From: Burkholderiales bacterium
Lineage (GTDB): Bacteria; Pseudomonadota; Gammaproteobacteria; Burkholderiales; Burkholderiaceae_C
DNA length: 64,000 nucleotides
Assembly: GCA_016191995.1 (NCBI GenBank)
Contig: JACPVA010000186.1
Span: 57,670 to 121,669, forward strand
Reading direction: 5' to 3'
The translations under genes were made by a program, and so were the position numbers. Positions within the stretch are counted from its first letter, which is position 1; the number at the start of each line of letters is the position of its first letter. Positions 45,290 to 55,149 of this stretch are shown piece by piece. Below the pieces are notes generated by a model. It ran no database searches. It was not told where the DNA came from and worked only from the letters and a program-made list of their open reading frames with translations.

Positions 45290-48188
45290 GATCTCGCGCG
45301 CCGCGCTGTTCGGCAAGCTCGACCCGCTGGCCTACAAGGCGATCGAGGGCGCGACCGTGCTGTGCAAGCTGCGCGGCAACCCCTACGTCGAGCTGCAGCA
45401 CTGGTTCCAGCAGATTCTCAACACGTCCGACAGCGACCTGCACCGCATCGTGCGCCACTTCGAGATCGACCCCTCGGTGCTGGCGTCGGACCTCACCACG
45501 TCGCTCGACCGGCTGCCGCGCGGCGCGGCGTCGATCACCGACCTGTCGAGCTTCGTCGAGAACGCGGTCGAGCGCGGCTGGGTCTATGCGACGCTGATGT
45601 TCGGCGAGCCGCGCGTGCGCAGCGGGCACCTGCTGGTCGGGCTGCTGAAGACCGCCTCGTTGCGCGGCGCGCTGATGGGGGTGTCGCGCCAGTTCGAGCG
45701 CGTCCGCGTCGACGAGCTGTGCGAGCGCTTCGGCGCGCTGCTCGCGGGATCGCCCGAGGCGCAGGCGGCGATGCTGCCGGCCGACGCGGCGCCCGGCGAG
45801 GCCAGCGGCGCGATCGCGCCGGCCGCGCTCGGCCGGCGCGAGGCGCTGGCGCGCTTCACGAGCGACCTGACGGCGCAGGCGCGCGAAGGACGCATGGACC
45901 CGATCGTCGGCCGCGACGACGAGATCCGGCAGCTGGTCGACATCCTGATGCGCCGGCGCCAGAACAACCCGATCCTGGTCGGCGAGGCCGGGGTCGGCAA
46001 GACCGCGGTCGTCGAGGGCTTCGCGCAGCGCATCGTGCGCGGCGACGTGCCGCCGGCGCTGCGCGAGGTCGAGCTGCTGGCGCTGGACGTCGGGCTGCTG
46101 CAGGCCGGCGCGAGCATGAAGGGCGAGTTCGAGCAGCGCCTGCGCTCGGTCATCGACGAGGTCCAGGCCAGCGCGCGGCCGATCATCCTGTTCATCGACG
46201 AGACGCACACGCTGGTCGGCGCCGGCGGCGCGGCCGGCACCGGCGACGCTGCCAACCTGCTCAAGCCGGCGCTGGCGCGCGGCGAGCTGCGCACGATCGG
46301 CGCCACGACCTTCGCCGAGTACAAGAAGTACATCGAGAAGGACGCGGCGCTGACGCGGCGTTTCCAGGCGGTGCAGGTCGACGAGCCGACCGAGCCGCTG
46401 GCGATCCTGATGATGCGCGGCGTGGCCAGCACGATGGAGAAGCACCACCAGGTGCAGATCCTCGACGAGGCGCTGGAGGCCGCGGTGCGGCTGGCGCACC
46501 GCTACATCCCGGCGCGCCAGCTGCCCGACAAGTCGGTCAGCCTTCTCGACACCGCCTGCGCGCGGGTGGCGGTCAGCCTGCACGCGACCCCGGCCGAGGT
46601 CGACGACAGCGCGCGGCGCATCGAGGCGCTGGAGACCGAGCAGGGCATCATCGCGCGCGAGTCGGCGATCGGCATCGACACCGCGCAGCGCGAGCCGGCC
46701 GTGGCCGCGCAGCTGGCGGCCGAGCACGAGCGGCTGGCGGCGCTGCAGACGCGCTGGGCGGCGGAGAAGGCGCTGGTCGAGCGGCTGCTGGCGCTGCGCG
46801 CGGCGCTGCGCGACGGCAAGCGCGCGGTCGAGGGCACCGGCAGTGCGCTGGAGCGGCATGTCGATGCGGTGGCGGAGCAGTCTCCTGCCGGGCTGACCGG
46901 GGCCAGTGCCGGCGACGGCGCCGGCAACGGGGCCGGTGCGATCGGGCCGGCCGGCGCGCCGGCCGGCCCCGACAGCGCGGCCGCCGCTCCGGACGCCGCC
47001 GAAGCTGCCGCATCACCCAACGCCGACAGCCCGTTGCCCGGCGCTGCTCCCGGAGAGCCCGTCCCGCCGGAGGAAACCGACGAGGCCAGGCAGGCGCGCC
47101 GAGCCATTCAGCGCGAGGAACTGCGCCAGGTCCAGGCCGAGCTCGCCGCGCTGCAGGGCGAGCACCCGCTGATGCTGCCGACGGTCGACGCCCAGGCGGT
47201 CGCGAGTGTGGTCGGCGACTGGACCGGGATCCCGGTCGGCCGCATGACGGCCAACGAGATCGAGACCATCCTGGAGCTGCCGCGCAGGCTCGGCGAGCGC
47301 GTGATCGGGCAGGACTACGCGATGCAGGCCATCGCGCGGCGCATCCAGACCGCGCGCGCCGGGCTGGACAACCCCGGCAAGCCGATCGGCGTCTTCCTGC
47401 TGACCGGCACCTCCGGCGTCGGCAAGACCGAGACCGCGATCGCGCTGGCCGAGGCGCTGTACGGCGGCGAGCACAACCTGGTCGTCATCAACATGAGCGA
47501 GTTCCAGGAGGCGCACACCGTCTCCACGCTCAAGGGCGCGCCGCCGGGCTATGTCGGCTACGGCGAGGGCGGGGTGCTGACCGAGGCGGTGCGGCGCAAG
47601 CCGTATTCGGTGGTGCTGCTCGACGAGGTCGAGAAGGCGCACCGCGACGTGCACGAGATCTTCTACCAAGTCTTCGACAAGGGCTTCATGGAGGACGGCG
47701 AGGGCCGCTTCATCGACTTCAAGAATACGCTGATCCTGCTGACGACCAATGTCGGCACCGAGCTGATCGAGCAGCTGTGCAAGGACCCGGAGCTGATGCC
47801 CGGCCCCGAGGCGATGGCCAAGGCGCTGCGCGAGCCGCTGCTGAAGGTCTTCCCGCCGGCGCTGCTCGGGCGGCTGGTGACGATCCCGTACTACCCGCTG
47901 TCCGACGAGGTGCTGGCGCGCATCGTGCAACTGCAGCTCGGCCGCATCCGCAAGCGCGTCGAGCAGCGCTACCGCATCCCGCTGGAGGTCGACGACGCCG
48001 TCGTGCAGCTCGTCGTCTCGCGCTGCACCGAGAGCGAGTCCGGCGGCCGCATGATCGACGCCATCCTGACCAACACCATGCTGCCGGCGATCAGCCGCGA
48101 GTTCCTGCAGCGGATGATGGAAGGCGCGCCGATCGAGCGCGTGCGCGTCGGCGTGGCGGGCGGCGACTTCAGCTATGACTTCGGATGA
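45282..48188 (+). CDS. tssH: T6SS ATPase ClpV
   Basis: LRGNPYVELQHW; two Walker A motifs (GEAGVGKT, GTSGVGKT); GAPPGYVGY. Confidence 0.97.
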   Translation: MAEISRAALFGKLDPLAYKAIEGATVLCKLRGNPYVELQHWFQQILNTSDSDLHRIVRHFEIDPSVLASDLTTSLDRLPRGAASITDLSSFVENAVERGWVYATLMFGEPRVRSGHLLVGLLKTASLRGALMGVSRQFERVRVDELCERFGALLAGSPEAQAAMLPADAAPGEASGAIAPAALGRREALARFTSDLTAQAREGRMDPIVGRDDEIRQLVDILMRRRQNNPILVGEAGVGKTAVVEGFAQRIVRGDVPPALREVELLALDVGLLQAGASMKGEFEQRLRSVIDEVQASARPIILFIDETHTLVGAGGAAGTGDAANLLKPALARGELRTIGATTFAEYKKYIEKDAALTRRFQAVQVDEPTEPLAILMMRGVASTMEKHHQVQILDEALEAAVRLAHRYIPARQLPDKSVSLLDTACARVAVSLHATPAEVDDSARRIEALETEQGIIARESAIGIDTAQREPAVAAQLAAEHERLAALQTRWAAEKALVERLLALRAALRDGKRAVEGTGSALERHVDAVAEQSPAGLTGASAGDGAGNGAGAIGPAGAPAGPDSAAAAPDAAEAAASPNADSPLPGAAPGEPVPPEETDEARQARRAIQREELRQVQAELAALQGEHPLMLPTVDAQAVASVVGDWTGIPVGRMTANEIETILELPRRLGERVIGQDYAMQAIARRIQTARAGLDNPGKPIGVFLLTGTSGVGKTETAIALAEALYGGEHNLVVINMSEFQEAHTVSTLKGAPPGYVGYGEGGVLTEAVRRKPYSVVLLDEVEKAHRDVHEIFYQVFDKGFMEDGEGRFIDFKNTLILLTTNVGTELIEQLCKDPELMPGPEAMAKALREPLLKVFPPALLGRLVTIPYYPLSDEVLARIVQLQLGRIRKRVEQRYRIPLEVDDAVVQLVVSRCTESESGGRMIDAILTNTMLPAISREFLQRMMEGAPIERVRVGVAGGDFSYDFG

Positions 48189-48305
48189 GGCTGCGGGCGC
48201 GGCCGGCGACGGCATGGAACGCGGCCGCATGACTTTCGGCGCTGGGCGCGTCGCGCGGCTGCGCAGACCATCATGGGGCCGCGCCTGGTGCGCGGCGAGC
48301 ATCCG

Positions 48306-50582
48306 ATGGCGCCGCCGATCACGCTGAGCTCGCCCTTCCCCGCGGCCGACCTGCGGCTGGCGTCGCTGCGCCTGAGCGCGGGGCTGAGCCGCATGGAGGC
48401 GATGCAGCTCGACCTGCTCAGCCCGATGCCCGACCTCGCGCCGGAGAAGATCCTCGGGCGGCGCGTCGGCATCGCGGTGGCGCTGGCCGACGACAGCACG
48501 CGCCAGCTCGGCGGCCATGTCACCGCCTTCGGCCTGGGGGTGCACGAGGGCGGCATGTACCGCTACGAGGCCGAGGTCCGGCCCTGGCTGTGGGCGCTGA
48601 CGCGGACCGCCGACTGCCGCATCTTCCAGGACCTGAGCGTGCCCGACATCGTGCGCAAGGTCTTCGACGACCACGCCGGCATCGCCGCCTTCGACTTCAA
48701 GCTGCAGCGCAGCTACCGCAAGCGTGTCTACTGCGTGCAGTACCGCGAGACCGACTTCGACTTCGTCGCCCGGCTGCTGGAGGACGAGGGCATCACCTGG
48801 TACTTCGAGCACACCGACGCCGAGGACCGCATGGTGCTGGTCGACGCCGCCGACGCGCACGCGATGGCGCCGGGCTGCGACGCGCTGCCGTACTACGACA
48901 ATATCGGCCAGACCCCGCCCGACAGGCCCTATGTCTTCGACCTGCGCTTCGCGCGCTCGGTGCGCACCGGCCGCGTCGCGCTGACGAGCTACGACTTCGA
49001 GCGCCCGTCGACCGCGCTCGGCGTGACGCAGCAGCTGCAGCGCGCGCACGAGCTGGCCGATGCCGAGTGCTTCGACTTCCAGGGCGACTATGTCGTCAAG
49101 GACGACGGCCAGCAGCAGGCCGACACCCGGATCGACGAGTGGCAGTCGCTGCACGAGCGCATGCACGGCAGCACGACGGTGCAGACGATGGCCGTCGGCT
49201 CGAGGCTGGCGGTCAGCGGCCACCCGCGCGCCGACCGCAACGCCGACGGCGAGGGGGGCGGCGACTTCCTGTGCGTCGAGATGGAGCTGCGCGCGCGCAA
49301 CCCGGGGGTCGAGTCCGGGCGTGACCCGGGCAGCTGGGACTGCAGCTTCGTCGCCCAGCCGGGCGCGCAGCAGTTCCGCCCGCTGCGGCGCACGCCGCGC
49401 CCGATCATGCGCGGCCCGCAGACGGCGGTCGTCGTCGGCCCGGCGGGCGAGGAGATCCACACCGACAAGTACGGCCGCGTCAAGGTCCAGTTCCACTGGG
49501 ACCGCTACGGCGGCAAGGACGAGAAGAGCTCGTGCTGGGTGCGCGTGTCGAGCCCCTGGGCCGGCAAGCGATTCGGCTTCGTCCAGATCCCGCGCATCGG
49601 GCAGGAGGTCGTCGTCGACTTCCTGGAGGGCGACCCGGACCAGCCGCTGATCACCGGCCGCGTCTACAACGCCGAGCAGATGCCGCCGTGGGACCTGCCG
49701 GCCAATGCGACGCAAAGCGGCGTGCTGACGCGCAGCAGCAAGGGCGGCGCCTACGGCAACGCCAACGCGATCCGGTTCGAGGACAAGACCGGCAGCGAGC
49801 AGCTGTGGATCCACGCCGAGAAGAACCAGGATATCGAGGTCGAGAACGACGAGACGCACTGGGTCGGCCACGACCGCACGAAGACGATCGACCACGACGA
49901 GACCAGCCACATCAAGCACGATCGCACCGAGACGGTCGACAACAACGAGACGATCACGATCGGCGTCGACCGCACCGAGCAGGTGGGCAACAACGAATCG
50001 ATCACGATCGGTGTCAACCGGACCGAGCAGGTCGGCGCCAACGAGACGATCAAGATCGGTGCCAATCGCACCGAGACGGTCGGCGCCAACGAGTCGATCA
50101 CGATCGGCGCCAACCGCACGATCAGCGTCGGCGCCAGCGAGACCGCGACGGTGGCGCTGCAGCGCACGCATACCGTCGGCGTCAACGAGACGATCGCGAT
50201 CGGCGCCGCGCAGGAGATCGCGATCGGTGCGGCGCAGGTGGTGGCGGTGGGCGCGACCCAGAGCATCAGCGTCGGCGCCAGCCAGAGCACCGACGTCGGC
50301 GCCAACCGCAGCGTCCAGGTCGGTGGCGATCAGTCGACCACGGTCGGCAAGGGCCGAAGCACCCAGGTCGGCAAGGACGACGCGCTGAAGGTCGGCAAGA
50401 ACCTCGTCATCGACGCCGGCGACAGCGTGACGATCAAGACCGGCAGCGCCAGCATCACGATGAAGAAGGACGGGACGATCGTGATCAAGGGCAAGGACAT
50501 CACGGTCAACGGCTCGGGCAAGATCAACGTGAAGGCGTCATCCGACGTCGTGATCAAGGGCAGCAAGGTCGGCATCAACTGA
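48306..50582 (+). CDS. vgrG: T6SS spike VgrG with gp5-type C-terminal beta repeats
   Basis: YCVQYRETDFDFVARLLEDEG...GPQTAVVVG...TDKYGRVKVQFHWDR...IPRIGQEVVVDFLEGDPDQP; repeated ETITIGxNRTExVG. Confidence 0.96.
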   Translation: MAPPITLSSPFPAADLRLASLRLSAGLSRMEAMQLDLLSPMPDLAPEKILGRRVGIAVALADDSTRQLGGHVTAFGLGVHEGGMYRYEAEVRPWLWALTRTADCRIFQDLSVPDIVRKVFDDHAGIAAFDFKLQRSYRKRVYCVQYRETDFDFVARLLEDEGITWYFEHTDAEDRMVLVDAADAHAMAPGCDALPYYDNIGQTPPDRPYVFDLRFARSVRTGRVALTSYDFERPSTALGVTQQLQRAHELADAECFDFQGDYVVKDDGQQQADTRIDEWQSLHERMHGSTTVQTMAVGSRLAVSGHPRADRNADGEGGGDFLCVEMELRARNPGVESGRDPGSWDCSFVAQPGAQQFRPLRRTPRPIMRGPQTAVVVGPAGEEIHTDKYGRVKVQFHWDRYGGKDEKSSCWVRVSSPWAGKRFGFVQIPRIGQEVVVDFLEGDPDQPLITGRVYNAEQMPPWDLPANATQSGVLTRSSKGGAYGNANAIRFEDKTGSEQLWIHAEKNQDIEVENDETHWVGHDRTKTIDHDETSHIKHDRTETVDNNETITIGVDRTEQVGNNESITIGVNRTEQVGANETIKIGANRTETVGANESITIGANRTISVGASETATVALQRTHTVGVNETIAIGAAQEIAIGAAQVVAVGATQSISVGASQSTDVGANRSVQVGGDQSTTVGKGRSTQVGKDDALKVGKNLVIDAGDSVTIKTGSASITMKKDGTIVIKGKDITVNGSGKINVKASSDVVIKGSKVGIN

Positions 50583-50592
50583 ACGGGCCGCG

Positions 50593-51129
50593 ATGAAACC
50601 CGACGACGACCCCTTCGTCCCGCTCGCGGCGCGTGCGCTGGCCGACGAGCTCGACCTGTTGCGGCGGCCGACTGCGCATGGCACCGTGCCCGCGCCGATG
50701 CTGCCGGGCGTGCCGGTGATCGGCAGGCTCGAGGGCTTCGACCTCACCGAGCAGCCCCTGGTCTCGCAGCTCGCCGCATGCCCGGGCGAGGTCGTCCCGG
50801 CGCGCGCGACGGTGGCGCTGCGGCGCGCGCAGGTCGGGCGCGAGGTGCTCGTGGTCTTCGCCGATGGCGACCCGCATGCGCCCGTCGTCATCGGGGCCCT
50901 GGAGCCGCGGCCGCTGCGGGCCGACGACGAGCCGCCGCGGCTGCCGTTGGCCGTGACCGTCGACGGCGACCGTCATGTCATCGAGGCCGACCGCGAGGTC
51001 GTCCTGCGCTGCGGCGACGCCAGCATCACCTTGACGCGGGCGGGCAAGGTGATCATCAAGGGCAGCTACATCCTCAGCCGCAGCACCGGCTACCACAAGA
51101 TCAAGGGCGCGGCGATCGACCTCAACTGA
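50593..51129 (+). CDS. DUF6484-like T6SS-associated protein
   Basis: GREVLVVFADGDPHAPVVIG...LRCGDASITLTRAGKVIIKG. Confidence 0.8.
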   Translation: MKPDDDPFVPLAARALADELDLLRRPTAHGTVPAPMLPGVPVIGRLEGFDLTEQPLVSQLAACPGEVVPARATVALRRAQVGREVLVVFADGDPHAPVVIGALEPRPLRADDEPPRLPLAVTVDGDRHVIEADREVVLRCGDASITLTRAGKVIIKGSYILSRSTGYHKIKGAAIDLN

Positions 51130-51164
51130 GGCCGCGCCATCGACCCCGCGCTGGCGACACGACG

Positions 51165-52226
51165 ATGTGGCAGGTCGACAATCGCACCCCATTTGCCGCC
51201 GAACGCGGCTGGGTGCGCGACCGCGACGGCGCCGAGGTCTGGCTGGTGGCGGTGAAGGCCACCTTCGACATCCTGCCCGACGGCTCGACCGCGGTGGCGA
51301 AGGAGCAGCCCCCGGTACTGCGCCTGCCCGAGCACCATGGCGAACCGGGCCAGAGCAGCATCAAGTACGACGCCGACCTGGTGCTGACGAAGAAGACGAC
51401 CGACATCGTCGTCGTCGGCCACGCCCACGCGCCGGGCGGGCGCGCGGTATCGCAGCTGGACTGCGGCTTCCAGGTCGGCCCGGTACGCAAGCTGCTGCGC
51501 GTCTTCGGCGACCGCAGCTGGGGCGCGCTCGGCCCGACCCGCCCCGAGCCCTTCGTCACCATGCCGCTGATCTGGGAGCGCGCCTACGGCGGCGTGGACC
51601 GGAAGTCGGACGCGCCCGAGAAGAACTGGGACTGGCGCAATCCGGTCGGCACGGGCTTCGCCGTCTCGTCGCGCAACGCGCAGGGGCTGGCGCTGCCGAA
51701 TATCGAGGATCCCAAGCAGCTGATCGGCGCATGGAACGACCGCCCGGCGCCGGCGGGCTTCGGCGTCGTCGCCAGCCACTGGCAGCCGCGCGTGGGCTTC
51801 GCCGGTACCTACGACGAGAGGTGGATGAAGACGCGCGCGCCGCTGCTGGCCGAGGACATGGACGAGCGTTGGTACCAGAGCGCACCGGCCGATCAGCAGG
51901 CGCCGGCCTTCCTGCGCGGCGGCGAGCCGGTCGTGCTGCACAACCTGAGCCCGCAGGGGCGGCTGCAGTTCGTGCTGCCGAAGGTCTACCTCGGGTTCGA
52001 GACGCGCTTCTACGACGGCACACGCCAACTGCACGATCGACGCGCGCTACACACCGTCATCCTCGAGCCCGACCACGCCAGCGGAGCGCGCGTCTCGCTG
52101 GTATGGCATTCGGCGCTGCCCTGCCACTTCAAGGTGCAGAAGCTCGAACGCACGGTGGTGACGCTCAAGGCCGACCTGAGCCGCGGCCAGCCCGTGCGGG
52201 CCGAACCGGAGCTGGAGGTCGGCTGA
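51165..52226 (+). CDS. DUF2169 T6SS adaptor
   Basis: WQVDNRTPFAAE...LVAVKATFDI...MPLIWERAYGG...PAPAGFG. Confidence 0.9.
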   Translation: MWQVDNRTPFAAERGWVRDRDGAEVWLVAVKATFDILPDGSTAVAKEQPPVLRLPEHHGEPGQSSIKYDADLVLTKKTTDIVVVGHAHAPGGRAVSQLDCGFQVGPVRKLLRVFGDRSWGALGPTRPEPFVTMPLIWERAYGGVDRKSDAPEKNWDWRNPVGTGFAVSSRNAQGLALPNIEDPKQLIGAWNDRPAPAGFGVVASHWQPRVGFAGTYDERWMKTRAPLLAEDMDERWYQSAPADQQAPAFLRGGEPVVLHNLSPQGRLQFVLPKVYLGFETRFYDGTRQLHDRRALHTVILEPDHASGARVSLVWHSALPCHFKVQKLERTVVTLKADLSRGQPVRAEPELEVG

Positions 52227-52227
52227 G

Positions 52228-53283
52228 GTGGCCGAGCGCGTCGTCATCGCCGGCCTCGGCGCCGCCACCGCGGTGGGCCGCGGCGCGTGGGAGAGTGCGG
52301 CCGCCGTTCGCGCGGGCATCAGCGGCTTCGCGCAGCACCCCTACATGATCGACACTGCCGGCGAGCCGATGCGGGTGGCGCTTGCGCCGTGGCTGGACAT
52401 CGGGCTGCAGGGCGTCGAGCGCTTCGTCGCGCTGCTGATGCCGGCGATCGAGGAGGCGCTGGCGGGGCTCGACGCGCCGCGCACGGCGCCGGGGCGCTGG
52501 GCGATCGCGCTGGCGCTGCCCGAACCGCGCCCGGGGCTGCCGGAGCAGTTGGCGCGGGAACTGCTGGCGCGCATCGACGGGCGCTGGGGGGCGCTGTTCG
52601 CCAGCGCCGCCGCGTTCGATGCCGGCCACGCGGCCGGCCTGCTGGGCGTGCACGCGGCGATGACCAAGCTGCGCGCCGGCCAGCTGGACGCCTGCCTCGT
52701 CGCTGGGGTCGAAAGCTACCTCGAGCCCGAGACGCTGGAGTGGCTGGAGGAGAGCGACCAGCTGCACGGCGCCGGGCCGCTGAACAACGCCTGGGGGTTC
52801 GTCCCCGGCGAGGCGGGTGCCGCCATCCTGCTCGCCCGCGAGGAGGTGGTGCGCAGCGAGGGCCTGCAGCCGCTGGGCACGCTGCTGTCCAGCGGCACCG
52901 CGTTCGAGCCCAAGCGCATCAAGACCGAGACCGTCTGCATCGGCGAGGGGCTGACCGAGGCCTTCCGCGCCGCGCTGGCCGCGCTGCCGGCCGGGGCGAA
53001 GGTCAGCGACATCTACTGCGACATGAACGGCGAGCCGTACCGCGCCGACGAGTTCGGGTTCACGGCGCTGCGCACCAAGGAGCACTTCGAATCGGCGTCC
53101 GACTTCGTCGCGCCGGCGGACTGCTGGGGCGACGTCGGGGCGGCCGGCGGGCTGCTGCACATCGTGCTGGCCTGCGCGGCCGCGGGCAAGGGCTATGCCA
53201 ACGGCGAGTTCGCCTTCGCCTGGGCCAGCGCCGAGGGCGGCCAGCGCGCCGCGGCCTTGGTCGCAGCGCGCGCCGGAGCCTGA
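52228..53283 (+). CDS. Beta-ketoacyl-synthase/thiolase-fold T6SS-associated protein
   Basis: GLGAATAVG...LVAGVESYL...GFVPGEAGAA...DMNGEPYRADEFG...WGDVGAA. Confidence 0.85.
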   Translation: MAERVVIAGLGAATAVGRGAWESAAAVRAGISGFAQHPYMIDTAGEPMRVALAPWLDIGLQGVERFVALLMPAIEEALAGLDAPRTAPGRWAIALALPEPRPGLPEQLARELLARIDGRWGALFASAAAFDAGHAAGLLGVHAAMTKLRAGQLDACLVAGVESYLEPETLEWLEESDQLHGAGPLNNAWGFVPGEAGAAILLAREEVVRSEGLQPLGTLLSSGTAFEPKRIKTETVCIGEGLTEAFRAALAALPAGAKVSDIYCDMNGEPYRADEFGFTALRTKEHFESASDFVAPADCWGDVGAAGGLLHIVLACAAAGKGYANGEFAFAWASAEGGQRAAALVAARAGA

Positions 53284-53286
53284 CCC

Positions 53287-54210
53287 ATGCCGGTCAGCGT
53301 CAAGGTCAACGGGGTGGCCAACTCGCTGGTCCACAAGGGCAGCAACGGCGTGTCGGTGGCCACCATGCCCGATGTCTGCAAGACGCCGTCACCGGGCGGG
53401 CCGGTGCCCGTGCCCTACCCGAACATCTCGCAGTCGATCACCTTGGCCAAGGGCACGACCACCGTCAAGGCCGACCGCGGGATGATGATCGCCAACAAGG
53501 GCAGCGAGTTCTCGCTGTCCAACGGCGACAACGCGGGGGTGGCTGGGGGGGTCAAGTCATCCACGTTCATGAAGGAGAGTACGTGGATCCTGTACTCGTT
53601 CGACGTGAAGATGGACGGGAAGGGGGCTTGTCGGCTCTCCGACAAGAAGTTTCAGAATCATGAAAACGCGGTGGACTTGTCTGGAGAGATCCAGGCGATC
53701 GTGGCGACCCGAATGGCGCAGTTGCAGAAGTTCGCATGCGAGTGCAACGAAGAGATCAAGGACAAGAACGCCGACGGTACAGACAACGAGAGAAGTTGCC
53801 AGTTCCTGGGCGTGCTGAAGCACAAGTGCTGCGAGGCCAAGATCAGGGATCACACGAGGCAGGGGCCGAAGTCCGGCGTTAGAGGCGAAACTGGCTTTTC
53901 GGCCACCGGCACACCGCCGAAGACTCTGCAAGGTCCCAGGGGAACCACTGCGCCAGCAGATTCCAGCTGGCCTGACGCCATTATCACCGATGGGCAAGGG
54001 AAACCGCTGAAAGTCGTGGACTTCAAGTTCCAATGTCAACGCGGTGATTCAGACGATTGGCGGGAACAGGGTTGGACGAAGTACAGCAGTGCGAAAGGGT
54101 CCAAGTTTGCGTCACAGAAAGAAAAATACCAGGATCTGAGCAATCGGCTTGGCATCGATCCAGACGAACCATCGCAAGCTCCAGAGCTCATAACGAACGA
54201 GGATTGTTAG
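53287..54210 (+). CDS. PAAR-like (DUF4150) fused to a PD-(D/E)xK/VRR-Nuc-like nuclease effector
   Basis: PDVCKTPSPGGPVPVPYPNIS...SFDVKMDGKGACR; C-terminal WPD...VVDFKFQC...QKEKY. Confidence 0.8.
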   Translation: MPVSVKVNGVANSLVHKGSNGVSVATMPDVCKTPSPGGPVPVPYPNISQSITLAKGTTTVKADRGMMIANKGSEFSLSNGDNAGVAGGVKSSTFMKESTWILYSFDVKMDGKGACRLSDKKFQNHENAVDLSGEIQAIVATRMAQLQKFACECNEEIKDKNADGTDNERSCQFLGVLKHKCCEAKIRDHTRQGPKSGVRGETGFSATGTPPKTLQGPRGTTAPADSSWPDAIITDGQGKPLKVVDFKFQCQRGDSDDWREQGWTKYSSAKGSKFASQKEKYQDLSNRLGIDPDEPSQAPELITNEDC

Positions 54211-54213
54211 CAG

Positions 54214-55149
54214 ATGGACTTGTCTACCCTGGCCGTTTCTCACGCGGGAAAGCTCGTTGCGTTACCGACGATCAGTGTCTGTATCTATTTTTCGAAGGTG
54301 GCCCATGAGATCTCGCGGCCGATTGCCGAAGCTGTGGATGCCTACAGGGAGTTCGTCGGTCGTGAAAAGTTGAATCAGTATTCAGCCAACAGTGGAGATT
54401 GGCGCGCGCTAACCGCGAAGAAGCTTGAAAAGGACATGTCAAAGCTCCGTGACTATCCGAGTGACGTTCTCGCTTTCATCTTAGAGTACAACTCCGGCGA
54501 AGCATTGGTTCACCCAGCTCGTCCCGGTCCTTACGGCGTCTACATTTTTGTCAGGGACAAATTCCTGGAGTCAGCGCCGCTCACGACGAACTTCCTCAGA
54601 CTGGATTTCGACATCGGTTTCATCCTGTCAGACAACGTCGACGCCTTCGTCAGATGGTATACTGATGTCCTTGAGAATTTGCCGTTCCACTCCAGCCATG
54701 CGGGATTCGCCTATAAGCGCCTCGATTACTCGATGGACAAGGCCTCAGTAGGCGTAGACCGGAAGATCTCTCGATACTACGGGTTTGATCCAGGGTATGA
54801 GCCGCTCCGCGACAAGATGCTCGGACGGACTGGCAATCCGCAGTGGCTTAACGCCATAGACAATACTCTGGTCGAAAAACTCGGAGGCGCGGCTCGCATT
54901 TCAAAGGAACTGCCCGCGAGCAGGGTGACGAAGCTGAAGAACGGCTTACTGATTCAAGGGGCGCCCGTGCCTCCGCTTGGCGACATCAACCGTGGTGCGC
55001 CCGATATCGGATCGATTCCAGAGATTGCCAGACTGTTCAAGCCGCTCCGGACTCCGGTGTCAGCGTTCAGAGGGCCAGTTCGCGCACAGGAGTGGCTGGC
55101 CCGGTACGACGAGATGGACAATAGGCCTTGGAACGCATCGACGACATGA
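54214..55149 (+). CDS. DUF3396 (TsiV-like) immunity protein
   Basis: PFHSSHAGFAY...RYYGFD...WLNAIDNTLVEKLGG...LLIQGAPVPPLGD...IARLFKPLR. Confidence 0.85.
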   Translation: MDLSTLAVSHAGKLVALPTISVCIYFSKVAHEISRPIAEAVDAYREFVGREKLNQYSANSGDWRALTAKKLEKDMSKLRDYPSDVLAFILEYNSGEALVHPARPGPYGVYIFVRDKFLESAPLTTNFLRLDFDIGFILSDNVDAFVRWYTDVLENLPFHSSHAGFAYKRLDYSMDKASVGVDRKISRYYGFDPGYEPLRDKMLGRTGNPQWLNAIDNTLVEKLGGAARISKELPASRVTKLKNGLLIQGAPVPPLGDINRGAPDIGSIPEIARLFKPLRTPVSAFRGPVRAQEWLARYDEMDNRPWNASTT

